Positions 1-9,241 of a stretch of 64,000 nt of DNA are shown piece after piece. Every line of letters starts with the position of its first letter. The stretch's first letter is position 1. Origin of the DNA: a virus; the IMG/VR virus record IMGVR_UViG_3300028804_000005, positions 811 to 64,810 of that record, one strand, 5' to 3'. A program made the position numbers and the translations under genes. Below the pieces are notes generated by a model. The model worked only from the letters and a program-made list of their open reading frames with translations, was not told the DNA's origin and ran no database searches.

Positions 1-64
1 TCGTGCCCGAGCGGACGCTCGGCTGGACGATGGTCTTGCCGACGATCTTCTGATTGTCGGCCAT
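1..64 (-). CDS. 5' end of probable portal protein (partial, runs off window start)
   Basis: ATG at 64 gives MADNQKIVGKTIVQPSVRSGT, 30 nt downstream of the terL stop, the canonical portal position; a portal C-terminus is at the other end of the window. Confidence 0.65.
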   Translation of the reverse strand, partial: MADNQKIVGKTIVQPSVRSGT

Positions 65-94
65 GGTCACTCGGTCAGAGTTCGGAAACTTCGG

Positions 95-1591
95 TCAGTC
101 GAACCGTGAGGCACCTCGGATGATCTCCAGATCGAACGTTGGCGGCTCATACACAGCGAGCCCGACCGCGTCGGCGCGATCTGGTGAGCGCCTCAAGCGC
201 GCTTTGATCGCGTCCTTTTTCTCGACGACGTAGCGGTTGCGCTCGTCCAAGGAGAACTTGGCGGCGACGAGCTCGGCGTAGAGCTTGCCCTCGTTCGGCG
301 GCAAGGCGCCACCATCAGCGAGCCAGGAGCGCACCGCGAAGTGCATCTGAGCCCGCTTGTTTCTGAAGCGCTCCGGGTCATCGGCGGCCGCGCCTGCGTT
401 TACCCCGATCACTTCGAGGTTCGCGGCGGACGCCATGCCCACCAGACAGTCGTATGGGCTCGCGCCCACCCCGATCTCGTCGATCTTCACCCGCACGCGG
501 TCCGAGGGTCTGGGTCGAAGGCGGTTCGCGCATTCAACGACCCGAGCTGCCAACTCGGGGCCGTCGAGCCCGTGGTGGGGCTCGAGCGGGTAGAGCTTGT
601 TGCCTCGGCGCGGCGCGATCACCGAGTCATCGTCGCCGGTACGCGCCACGTCGACGCCCAAACTGAGACCGTCGGTCGCCGGCGTCGTCGCCCACCGGAG
701 CTTGCCGGTCTCGACGAGTGTGAGTGGCACCACGGCATGATCACCCTGCACCGGAAAGCGACCCCGGATCCGGATGTCGAGAAACGGCGATTCACCCGCC
801 GATTCCAAAGCGGCAACGAGCTCGGCGTGGGTGCAGGTTTGCGGGTCCAGTCGGATCCCGGCGTACTCGTCGAGGTGCTCCGTGATGTAGTCGCGCATCG
901 CAATGCCTGGGATCAGGCATCGGTTCGCGATGACGTTCGGTGTCTCGATGCACGAGATCGTGAACGTGTTCCAGAGGTGAGCCTTCTCCGTGAAGGCCTC
1001 GTAGAACGTCCCGCTGGTCTGGGTCGGGTTGCCGGTCGCCAGGATCCGGCCGCCGCCGGCGAGGTTGCCGAACAGCGCTGGCCAAAGATCCTCGTCGTAG
1101 CCGCTCGCCTCGTCGACGATGATGAGTTGGTTTGGGCTCGAGAGACCCGCCGCCTTCGCGACCTCGTCGGTCGTGACCGCGATGATCTCCCGGTTGCCCG
1201 GAAGTTTGAGCCCGTAGGCCGGGTCCGGGCTGAGTCGACCACCGACCGGCACGCGAGCCGATTCGTAGAGTCGAGTAACCTCGGGCCAGAGGATGTTGCG
1301 CACCTGATGCCCGGCCGGAGCCGTCAAGATGACGCGGCCGCGCCAGCGGGTCAGCACCCACCAGAGCGCAATGCCCGCAGCCGAGGTGCTCTTGCCGACC
1401 TTATGACCGCTCTTGCACGCGGTGCGCTTGTGCTCGACGATCGAGCGAGCGATTGCGGCCTGCTTCGGCCAGAGCTTCAGCCCGCAGAGCTCGTCGAGGC
1501 AAAGTACCGGGTTAGGTCCCCACCTCGCCAGGAGTCTCTTCGCTCCCGTCTCCCATTCCGAGCGAGAGGAAGTCTGCGAGCGAGCCGCCAA
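95..1591 (-). CDS. terL: Terminase large subunit
   Basis: Walker A KSGHKVGKS, Walker B IIVDEA, coupling motif TGNP, nuclease motifs GVDVARTGDD and RSPDRADA; start placed at TTG 1591 after AAGGTGG (ORF is open to 1627). Confidence 0.93.
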   Translation of the reverse strand: MAARSQTSSRSEWETGAKRLLARWGPNPVLCLDELCGLKLWPKQAAIARSIVEHKRTACKSGHKVGKSTSAAGIALWWVLTRWRGRVILTAPAGHQVRNILWPEVTRLYESARVPVGGRLSPDPAYGLKLPGNREIIAVTTDEVAKAAGLSSPNQLIIVDEASGYDEDLWPALFGNLAGGGRILATGNPTQTSGTFYEAFTEKAHLWNTFTISCIETPNVIANRCLIPGIAMRDYITEHLDEYAGIRLDPQTCTHAELVAALESAGESPFLDIRIRGRFPVQGDHAVVPLTLVETGKLRWATTPATDGLSLGVDVARTGDDDSVIAPRRGNKLYPLEPHHGLDGPELAARVVECANRLRPRPSDRVRVKIDEIGVGASPYDCLVGMASAANLEVIGVNAGAAADDPERFRNKRAQMHFAVRSWLADGGALPPNEGKLYAELVAAKFSLDERNRYVVEKKDAIKARLRRSPDRADAVGLAVYEPPTFDLEIIRGASRFD

Positions 1592-1961
1592 GTTCCACCT
1601 TCTTGGGCGCCTCCACCCCCGAGACACCGGCCAGCGCCTTCGCGGCCTCGACCGCGGTACGGAGCTGGTTCTTCTTGATCGCGCGCTGCGTGATGGTCTC
1701 GAGCGTCAGCAGGATCCTGGAGCGGAGCCCCTCGTCTTCCTCGACCGCGGTACGGACGCGCCGGCTCGCTTCGGCCGAGTCGCGCTCGATCGTGTCGAGA
1801 CTCATTCCCCACTTCGCGGCGAGTTGTGGACCCGTGACTCCTGTCACCCACTGCCCTGAAGCCATCAACTCCGTGATGTCTCGGACACGATCCTTCTTGC
1901 TGCGTCGCGCGGGCTGACCGGCCGGGGCCGGTTTGGTGCGCTTTCGCTTTGCGGCCGCCAT
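1512..1961 (-). CDS. terS: Terminase small subunit (HTH)
   Basis: Basic N-terminus, HTH-like QLAAKWGMSLDTIERD, helical core, EAPKKVEL tail; overlaps terL start; GAGGG RBS. Confidence 0.75.
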   Translation of the reverse strand: MAAAKRKRTKPAPAGQPARRSKKDRVRDITELMASGQWVTGVTGPQLAAKWGMSLDTIERDSAEASRRVRTAVEEDEGLRSRILLTLETITQRAIKKNQLRTAVEAAKALAGVSGVEAPKKVELGGSLADFLSLGMGDGSEETPGEVGT

Positions 1962-2199
1962 TGCTCGCACCCTCGTGAACGGTCACAGGGGCGTGAGGCC
2001 ACCTTGAACCTGTTGTCGGGTGGTGGAAGCCTCTACGCCAAACCTGGACGCCGGGTTGAATCGCGCCGTGCGCGCAGGCGATCCCGGCTTGTCGCCTGAA
2101 GGTGTGTAGGTGTTCAGAACCTCGGGCTTCGCCCTCGGTCAGACTAGCTGAGCAGACGAGCTAGACTAGCTAGTCTGCGTCTGCCGCTGCTCTCACACC

Positions 2200-2643
2200 C
2201 TACAGGGTAGGCCGCGGGCACTCGCGGGCACTCGCGGGCACTCGCGCCAGCCCCACGATGGTCTGTACGCGCTCGGCCAGTTGGTTGATATTGTTGGCCA
2301 AAGTCTCGTCGCGACGCCAGAGCTCCTCGAGCCTGGGCTCTACGTGATCAGCTACCTGCCGAGCCACAATGCTGCCGATTCGCTCGTCGATCCCCTTGAT
2401 GTACTCGCGAAAAGTGCTGGCTCCCAATTCTTCCGCGAAGAGCTCCGGGCACCAGCGCCGAAGCGCGGACATGGTGACGCCGTAGCGGCAGCCGGTGCCG
2501 CTCTTGGGACCCATGCGGAGCATGATCCTTTTCCCGAGCTTCTTCTCGCGCTTGTCGAGGTAGCGCTTGAGACGTCGGCCCCGTGGACCGTTCCACCCGA
2601 GCTCGCGTTGGGCTTCGGCCAGGGTCAGGAGTTGCTTCCTCAC
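2200..2643 (-). CDS. Putative DNA-binding protein
   Basis: GTGA overlap with upstream stop; MRKQLLTLAEAQRELGW resembles a MerR/excisionase-type HTH start; coiled-coil C-terminus. Confidence 0.55.
   Translation of the reverse strand: MRKQLLTLAEAQRELGWNGPRGRRLKRYLDKREKKLGKRIMLRMGPKSGTGCRYGVTMSALRRWCPELFAEELGASTFREYIKGIDERIGSIVARQVADHVEPRLEELWRRDETLANNINQLAERVQTIVGLARVPASARECPRPTL
2213..2246. repeat. Tandem 10-bp repeat (CGCGGGCACT) x3.4
   Basis: Read directly from the sequence at the 3' end of the 2200..2643 ORF. Confidence 0.9.
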
Positions 2644-3557
2644 ACCAACCTCACGGCGGCTCGCGACTGGGCGCGTCGGCGCTCTCGGCTGCACCCGTTC
2701 CAGACCCGGCAGGCCTCCTCGAAGAGTTCCGCGGCCTGGGTCTCGGCGGCCGCGAGAAGTGCTCCACGTCTTCGCTCTGGCTTCGAGCGCTGGGCCGCGT
2801 TTGCGTTCGCCAGGGCGGCAAGCGGGTGAAGCTTGGGGGACGCCTTTCGAAGCGTCTTCCCGGCCGGCGTCAGGGGCCAGACGCCGAAGAGCCCACAGAT
2901 CCCGTCGCGGCGCTTCCTGATCGCGATGCGGCGCGACTTGGGCGCCGCGGCGAGTTGGCGTTCGCGTTCGTCCTGGTCCGAGTCGTAGCTCCACTCGGGG
3001 CTGAAGTAGCCGGCAAGCACCTGGGCGGCCCGCGGCGCGGCCGCGTGGGTTGCGGCCAGGAGAGCCGTGACCCGGCCGAGCTTCGCCACCGAGGCGTCGT
3101 CGAGCAAGACGCTACCGCCCATGTCGCTCTTGACGCTTGAGCCCGTCGGCCTCGCCGTGAGCGCCCGACCCGCGTCGACGTGACAATGGTCGGTTGTTAA
3201 GATCCCGCGCCCGCCGCAGGCCGAGCAGACCACGTCGGCCGCTGGCGGGAGCTCGTCGACGTACAGGTCGAGAAGCCTCAGAAGCTCCGCCTCATGCGCG
3301 CTGGGGACGCGGCCTCGGCTCTTGCTCGGAACGAACCCGAGACCAGCGCGGCCCGCTGCCGTGTCGCCTCCGCATCGCTCACAGGCGCGCCAGCTTCGCG
3401 AGAACAGGGAGGCCCTCTCCCATTGGGCCCCGCTGGTGCTCGCGGCAAACACGTCGGTGCCGCCGGTGCGGAAGTACCAACTCAGGTCGTCCCAGTCGGA
3501 CCCGACAATCGATGCCGGCGCGGGCGCCAGCGGTTCTAGCTTGATGGCTTGCAGCAT
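2640..3557 (-). CDS. Zinc-finger protein, possible late-gene regulator (Q-like position)
   Basis: CERCGG and CSACGGRG motifs; TGATG coupling; lies just upstream of the packaging genes. Confidence 0.5.
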   Translation of the reverse strand: MLQAIKLEPLAPAPASIVGSDWDDLSWYFRTGGTDVFAASTSGAQWERASLFSRSWRACERCGGDTAAGRAGLGFVPSKSRGRVPSAHEAELLRLLDLYVDELPPAADVVCSACGGRGILTTDHCHVDAGRALTARPTGSSVKSDMGGSVLLDDASVAKLGRVTALLAATHAAAPRAAQVLAGYFSPEWSYDSDQDERERQLAAAPKSRRIAIRKRRDGICGLFGVWPLTPAGKTLRKASPKLHPLAALANANAAQRSKPERRRGALLAAAETQAAELFEEACRVWNGCSRERRRAQSRAAVRLV

Positions 3558-4204
3558 CAGTGGAGCTCCTTTTCGACACACCAGCCGGCCGCGTTCGCTT
3601 TCGCAACACGCGCCAGAAACCCATGCAAGAGCGCTGCGCTCTCGCCAAGCCAAGCCTCGGGAGACTTGGCCCCCTTGAGCGCGTTACAGGCGGCGCATGC
3701 CGGCACCACGTTGTTGGCGTCCGTGGCCCCGTCGCGCGCCACCGGGACAACGTGGTCCAGGCAGAGCAGACGCTCTCGGTCGCCGCAATACGCGCACGCC
3801 CAGCCGAACGCGCCCAGGATCAACTCCCATGCCCGTGTGCTCAGGTCACCTGGCGCGCGCTGCCGCGCGACCGCTACCTGAGTCGCGGCTCGTGGCTGGT
3901 CGCCGAAGCTTGGTCGTCGCGCATACTCGCTGACGGCTTCCTCCCACTCTTCCGCCGCGATCTGTTGCTGCCACCGCGCGTCGGCTTCGTCCCAGACCGC
4001 GTTCCAGTCGCGCTCGGGCGTCTCCGTCTCCTCCTTGGCCCACCGTCGCAGAACCGGCGGAAGCTCGGTTTCCATACTGAACATCTGCGCCGCACCGGCG
4101 CGCGATGCAAGGGGTTTCATGGGTGTTTGGCCTAGCATTCGACACCCCGCCCGCTGGTCCGGTTCGCGGCAGCCCAAGCGGGCGGTGTGGACGTGGAGCG
4201 TCAT
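3557..4204 (-). CDS. HNH endonuclease
   Basis: CAYCG..DHVVPVARDG....NVVPACAACNALKG motif; start uncertain. Confidence 0.85.
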   Translation of the reverse strand: MTLHVHTARLGCREPDQRAGCRMLGQTPMKPLASRAGAAQMFSMETELPPVLRRWAKEETETPERDWNAVWDEADARWQQQIAAEEWEEAVSEYARRPSFGDQPRAATQVAVARQRAPGDLSTRAWELILGAFGWACAYCGDRERLLCLDHVVPVARDGATDANNVVPACAACNALKGAKSPEAWLGESAALLHGFLARVAKANAAGWCVEKELH

Positions 4205-5172
4205 AGGATGTGAGGACTCACTGCGACCGGCGCGTCTTCTGGACCCTTCCAATATGGCGCGACGGTGACCAGTCGACCAATGCGCTCGCTCAGCCGCGGC
4301 TTCCAGTGTCCCCTAACCAATCGTTGCACTGTGGGTAGTTTCCTCTTCTCCTTCAGCTTCTCGCTCGAGGCTTGCCGTACCCATTCTCTGCAGTCCACTT
4401 TCACCGGTCGAGTGAGGCGGAAGACCCATGACTTAGGTAATCCGCGCTTCTCCCTAATCGTCTTGTCGCGCACCGTTTGGTGGCTAATACCGGAGTTGTT
4501 CAACTCAGCGACGCATCCCAAAACCAACCGCCCAGCCATGCTTAAAGCTTCACGCGCATCTGGCACGGGCTCCAAGACATCTCCCATCTCGGCTAGTTCA
4601 CTCCAGTCCTTGACTGCGATTCTCGGCCCCGCAAACGTTGACCCAGCGACTTGGCAGTAGATCACCTTGCCCGCCACGCGTTTGGCACCGTTTTCCGTTG
4701 CTCCTGCGTAATTATTGAAGACCCAAATGGCTTCGACCCATTGATCACGAGTCTCTTCGCTTCCGTCGTCGTCGAAGTGCCACATGTTGCGCACGTAGAG
4801 TTGCTCTTTGGGTAAAGGAATCACCCACGTCTGCCACGGCATTTCCAGGTGTGGCACACAGTCTGCCGGCATCGTTGTCGCCATCAGCGATGCACTCAGG
4901 AGCTCAGATGGCATCACCATCGCGAACGCGCTGCGCGCCCAGTCATATGCGCACCGCACCGCCCTCGCGTGGGTGGCCGCGATCCGTTGGGCGACATCCT
5001 GGTCGGTCGGGTTGGGGATAGCCCCCGCGTCCAACAACGCGTTGATCCAGTCCGATGTTATTCGGACTAGTGCGCCGCGCTCGTCACCCGACTCTTCAAC
5101 GGCCAACAGGGCAGCATGTCCCAGTGAGCGGATATTATCCCAACGATTGCCGACGTGCTGTAGTTGCATCAT
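4201..5172 (-). CDS. Hypothetical protein with C-terminal VRGHWK..VAPYWKG motif
   Basis: 323-aa ORF coupled to neighbours by ATGA overlaps; visibly more AT-rich than flanks. Confidence 0.75.
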   Translation of the reverse strand: MMQLQHVGNRWDNIRSLGHAALLAVEESGDERGALVRITSDWINALLDAGAIPNPTDQDVAQRIAATHARAVRCAYDWARSAFAMVMPSELLSASLMATTMPADCVPHLEMPWQTWVIPLPKEQLYVRNMWHFDDDGSEETRDQWVEAIWVFNNYAGATENGAKRVAGKVIYCQVAGSTFAGPRIAVKDWSELAEMGDVLEPVPDAREALSMAGRLVLGCVAELNNSGISHQTVRDKTIREKRGLPKSWVFRLTRPVKVDCREWVRQASSEKLKEKRKLPTVQRLVRGHWKPRLSERIGRLVTVAPYWKGPEDAPVAVSPHIL

Positions 5173-6389
5173 GTGCTCCTCCCGAAAAGTTCCACCCGGC
5201 GCATCCGCGCGAAACTCGCAGGAGCTGCTCGCGCTGCCGCTTCGAACTCGACCCGGTGCTCCTGCTCTAGCGCTAAAGCCACTGGCGCTGCGCGCTCCAC
5301 ATGTGAGCCCTCGGCGGCCACGCGCAGCGGCACGCCCACAACTCTCTGCTCGAACTCTGAGCGCTCCCCTTCTGGCCGCTCGCCTTCGCCCGATATCGGG
5401 CGCCCGTCGAGCGAGTAGGCCCTATCGCGCGTTGGCAGTCCGTGCTTGAGCGTGCCTCCGACCAGGTCGATCACGATTGCGTCCGGCTTCCCCTTTGCCG
5501 GTCTGAGCACGCGCCCCACCGCTTGCAGGTAGGCGCCCACGAAGGCGAACGAGCGCATGAGCATCACGCACCTCGCTTCCGGTATGTCGATGCCTTCGGT
5601 CAGGGCGAAAACATTGGTCAGCACCTTCACGCGACCAGCACGAAAGCGCTCGATGATGCGGTCTCGCTCCCGTTTGGGCGTATCGGCTTCAACTGTCTCG
5701 GCGATGACGCCAGCGTCGCGGAAGCGCTGGGCTAGCTCGTGCGCAATCGCCACTCGCGCGCAGAACACGAACGTCTGAGCGCCCTCGGAATGCTCCGCCC
5801 ACGCTGTGAGAGGGTCCTGCGCGATGTCGTTGCCAAGATGCCTCGCCGGTTGGAGCACCCGAGCCGGCACCAGATGTCCGTCCCTCACCAGCTCCGAATA
5901 GTTGGCCGCCACCACCATCCCGTCGAAAACGTCTCCTAGGGGGGTGCCGTCGTCGCGTTGGGGCGTTGCTGTGAGGCCGAGGATCTGGGCTTTCTTGTAG
6001 CGCTCTGCCACCGCGCTCCACTCGGTCGCCGGGTAATGGTGGGCCTCGTCCAACACGAGTCGCTCAGCCTCCGGGAAACTCCCACGAGCCAGAAGCGTTT
6101 GAACCGTCCCAACCTGCATGCGGGCGCGCTGCGCGAGCGGCTCTCCCGTCATGATCGCTCCGACGTTGCGCGACCCAAACCGCTGCGCCAGGCGCCGCAC
6201 GGTCTGCGTCACAAGTTCACGGCGGTGCGCCACCCACAGCACGGGACCGCAGTCGGAGCTCAACTCTTCCCCGAGCACCGTCTTTCCGGCTCCCGTTGGC
6301 GCCACCAGCAGCACTGCGCGCGTGCCGGTATTCCACTCCGCGCGCACGGCCGCGACCGCGTCGCGCTGGTAATTGCGCAACTGCGTCAC
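5169..6389 (-). CDS. Superfamily II DEAD/DEAH helicase
   Basis: LRNYQ Q-motif, APTGAGKT, DEAHH, GLTATP, LTEGIDIP, QAVGRVLR. Confidence 0.93.
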   Translation of the reverse strand: MTQLRNYQRDAVAAVRAEWNTGTRAVLLVAPTGAGKTVLGEELSSDCGPVLWVAHRRELVTQTVRRLAQRFGSRNVGAIMTGEPLAQRARMQVGTVQTLLARGSFPEAERLVLDEAHHYPATEWSAVAERYKKAQILGLTATPQRDDGTPLGDVFDGMVVAANYSELVRDGHLVPARVLQPARHLGNDIAQDPLTAWAEHSEGAQTFVFCARVAIAHELAQRFRDAGVIAETVEADTPKRERDRIIERFRAGRVKVLTNVFALTEGIDIPEARCVMLMRSFAFVGAYLQAVGRVLRPAKGKPDAIVIDLVGGTLKHGLPTRDRAYSLDGRPISGEGERPEGERSEFEQRVVGVPLRVAAEGSHVERAAPVALALEQEHRVEFEAAARAAPASFARMRRVELFGRST

Positions 6390-6763
6390 GGTTCCACCCT
6401 GCTTGGCACCACCGCCCACCACTTGCCGTGCTCGTCCTCGCCGCAGCCGCCCGGCTCCACTGCGTAATCACGAAAAAGCTTCTCCCAACTTGCGACAACG
6501 TAGCCGAAGTGGGCGAGACCCTTCTCGCGCTTCCCGAGGAGCAACATCTCTCCGCTCGGCGCGAACCGCACGTAAGCCGGTCCCAGGAGTCGGAGCTTCT
6601 CCCGCGGCACGACGCCGGCAAGCTGAGCTAGGCGCTTCGTGAACGCAGCCTGCGCCACGTCGTCTTCATGGGGCTCGACCTGGACCGTGAAGCCGTCGCA
6701 CTCGAACTGGCGGCGCCGGCCCGACCCGACCTGCCCCGCGCCGAAGACCACGATCGAGTTCAT
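6386..6763 (-). CDS. Hypothetical protein
   Basis: Coupled ORF within the operon. Confidence 0.6.
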   Translation of the reverse strand: MNSIVVFGAGQVGSGRRRQFECDGFTVQVEPHEDDVAQAAFTKRLAQLAGVVPREKLRLLGPAYVRFAPSGEMLLLGKREKGLAHFGYVVASWEKLFRDYAVEPGGCGEDEHGKWWAVVPSRVEP

Positions 6764-7050
6764 GCCGCCCCCGCAATCCGCTCCGCCACCTTCAACTCAC
6801 GTACACGCTGGCGCTCAGTGCAGCCTGCGCACCGGACCTTCCCGCCCGCAGGCCCGCGCGAACCACCCCGGCACCCGGCACCTTGGCACGTCGCGGAGGT
6901 CCGCGCCTTGTGAACGGCGAGCGCGACTGGGTCATGGTTGATCGCGATGGTGACGGCGCGGCCGAGCGCGGCCTCGATTCCGGTCGAGGCTCCGCCGCCG
7001 CCCGCGAAAAGATCGACGATGAGACCGCGACCACCCCAGGGCCGGCTCAG
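6760..7050 (-). pseudogene. Truncated C5-cytosine DNA methyltransferase fragment
   Basis: LIVDLFAGGGGASTGIEAALG..IAINHDPVALAVH (motifs I-II) then unrelated sequence; no catalytic PC motif; no canonical start at the coupling position. Confidence 0.75.
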
Positions 7051-7262
7051 CCCGCTGGGCGGTGCCGGAGTCGCAGAATCAGTCGCTTGGATCCGCATGC
7101 GCATGCCTCTTTCGTTTCAGCGGCGTAGGTCGCGCCGCCCTCGGTTTGGGTCGCGAGGGGCAGGACCCGCCCGCCACTCGCTTCTCTGCTCAGCTCGATG
7201 TCGCGCTCCCGGTGGCAGTTGGCGCACCGGGACGTGAGTTTGAGGGAGAGGCCCAGAGGCAT
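7047..7262 (-). CDS. Small zinc-ribbon protein
   Basis: CANC ... CACG pairs. Confidence 0.55.
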   Translation of the reverse strand: MPLGLSLKLTSRCANCHRERDIELSREASGGRVLPLATQTEGGATYAAETKEACACGSKRLILRLRHRPAG

Positions 7263-7288
7263 CTCCCGAAGCGTAGCCCCGCGGGCGC

Positions 7289-7609
7289 TCAGGCACCACG
7301 GCGCCCCCCTCGAACCAGGACCCAGCCCGGAGGATCGGCTACGAGGAACCGGGCCAGGCTCAGCGCGCTCGGCGTCGGGACGAGCCAGACCGAGCCATCC
7401 GGCTCCTCCCGTTCGGTCCACTGCGGGACGGCCAAAAGCGTGTCGATGACGTGCAGGCGGTGTTCTCGACAGAGCGGACCGGCCCGGAGCCGATCGATCT
7501 CGGGCGTGGCGAGCCACGCGCCGGCCTGGGCGACGCACCACTGGCCCAGCTCGCAGGCCGGCTCGGGGTGCGGGTGGAACACCACGTGCGGCTTGCACTC
7601 AGGCAACAC
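7289..7609 (-). CDS. Hypothetical protein
   Basis: ORF in operon orientation overlapping the upstream gene. Confidence 0.5.
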   Translation of the reverse strand: MLPECKPHVVFHPHPEPACELGQWCVAQAGAWLATPEIDRLRAGPLCREHRLHVIDTLLAVPQWTEREEPDGSVWLVPTPSALSLARFLVADPPGWVLVRGGRRGA

Positions 7610-7847
7610 GGTGCCCTGCTTGCTGCTGGAGCCACGAGCCGACCTTGTTCATGGTGTCCGCGTTTCGCGAGTGCCCATCGAAGCGACGCAGCCCGTCGGT
7701 CAGTGCGACGTCCAGCGCGCCGCGTCGGTAGACCTCCATGCGTGAGCTCGGAAAGCATTCCACCACCCGGAGAGTGAGCTCCGTGCCCGGGATGGAGTAC
7801 TCGGGCTCGATCGCGTCGCCATCTTTGATCTCGAAGATGCTCTTCAT
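7599..7847 (-). CDS. Hypothetical protein
   Basis: ATGA-coupled to the dnaB stop. Confidence 0.6.
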   Translation of the reverse strand: MKSIFEIKDGDAIEPEYSIPGTELTLRVVECFPSSRMEVYRRGALDVALTDGLRRFDGHSRNADTMNKVGSWLQQQAGHRVA

Positions 7848-9241
7848 GCTCCCGCTCCCATCAGGTCCGCCGCTCCGTCGAAGTCATCCTCGAACCCGTC
7901 CGGCAGATCAACGGGTGCCAGGCTGTCGAATCGCGTGTACTCGCCCGTGAACTTGAGCTTGACCCAGCCCGAGCCGCCGTTGCGGTCCTTGCCCACGACC
8001 ACCTCAGCGAGGCCGCGATCCTCGCTGTTCGGGTTGTAGTAGTCGTCGCGGTACAGGAACAGGATCGCGTGGGCGTCCTGCTCCACGTTGCCCGATTCAC
8101 GCAGGTCAGACATGACGGGCCGCTTGTTGGGCCGCTTCTCGACCTCGCGGTTGAGCTGCGAAAGCAGGACGATCGGCACGCCGAGCTCGCCGGCGAGCCG
8201 AACCAGGGCGCGCGTGATGCGCCCGATCGCCTGGTCGCGCGTCTCGCCCTTCTCGCGCTGGTCGTCGATGAGCTGCAGGTAGTCGATGACCAGCACGCCG
8301 GGCTTGGCGCCGTGGCTCTTCTCGAGCTCGCGGAACAGCTTGCGGGCCGCGGCCCGGATCTGGCTGACCGTGGCGCCGGGGCGGTACCGGATCTGGAGCG
8401 GGAGCTTCCCGACCTCGACGGCCGCGTCGGCGAAGCGCTTGAAGTCCTCGGGGCGGAGCTTGCCTGCGCGGAGGCGCTTCGCGTCGACTCGCCCCTCGGC
8501 GCAAACCGCGCGCTCCGCGATCTGCTCGGAGAGCATCTCGAGCGAGATGAAGCCGGCGCCGAGCCCCTGCTTCGCCATGTTGACGGCGATGCCCTGGGCG
8601 AAGGCCGACTTGCCCATGCCCGGCCTGCCGGCCACGACGTAGACGTAGGGCTTGGGCTTGCCGATCTTGGTGTCGAGGTCGCGCCAGCCCCAGGACGGGC
8701 CGGGCGGGGCGCCCTGCTGCTGGCGCTGCGTCGCGTCGGTCACGACGGCGCTGACGAGCTCGTCGATGCGGCTCGGGCCCTCCGGATCCGCGTCGCGCTG
8801 CGACGCCGCGAAGACGCCGGCCTCGACCTGGTCGCACCACGCCTCGACGTCCTCGACCTCACCGTAGCCCTCGGCGGCGCGGAGCTGGCACTCCGCGATG
8901 ACGGCCCGGAGCCGGGCCTTGCCGCGCACCAGGGCGGCATGGTGCGCCACGTTGGCCACCGCTGGGGTCGCGTCGATGAGCTCGGCCAGGTAGGCCATGC
9001 CGCCGACCTGCTGGAGCCGACCCGCGTCGCTGAGCCTGCTCGCGACCGCCACGACGTCCACCGGGGCGCCCGCGTCGTCCAGGGCCCAGATGGCCTCGGC
9101 CACGCGCCGGTTCGCGTCGGCATAGAAGTGCGCGGGGTTCACGACGTCTCGGGCCGCGTCGAGGGCCTCCCGGCTGAGCATGCACGCCGAGAGCACGGCG
9201 CCCTCGGCGGTCAGGTCGTGGGGCGGGACGCGGGCGGTCAC
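7844..9241 (-). CDS. dnaB: Replicative DNA helicase
   Basis: PPHDLTAEGAVL N-terminus, AGRPGMGKS, IDYLQL, LSQLNR, SDLRESGNVEQDA, KDRNG. Confidence 0.96.
   Translation of the reverse strand: MTARVPPHDLTAEGAVLSACMLSREALDAARDVVNPAHFYADANRRVAEAIWALDDAGAPVDVVAVASRLSDAGRLQQVGGMAYLAELIDATPAVANVAHHAALVRGKARLRAVIAECQLRAAEGYGEVEDVEAWCDQVEAGVFAASQRDADPEGPSRIDELVSAVVTDATQRQQQGAPPGPSWGWRDLDTKIGKPKPYVYVVAGRPGMGKSAFAQGIAVNMAKQGLGAGFISLEMLSEQIAERAVCAEGRVDAKRLRAGKLRPEDFKRFADAAVEVGKLPLQIRYRPGATVSQIRAAARKLFRELEKSHGAKPGVLVIDYLQLIDDQREKGETRDQAIGRITRALVRLAGELGVPIVLLSQLNREVEKRPNKRPVMSDLRESGNVEQDAHAILFLYRDDYYNPNSEDRGLAEVVVGKDRNGGSGWVKLKFTGEYTRFDSLAPVDLPDGFEDDFDGAADLMGAGA

Noticed and set aside
70..2143. CTCGGTCAGA present both downstream of terL and upstream of terS
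   Set aside because: The same 10-mer also occurs inside a coding region near 10884; too short to distinguish from chance
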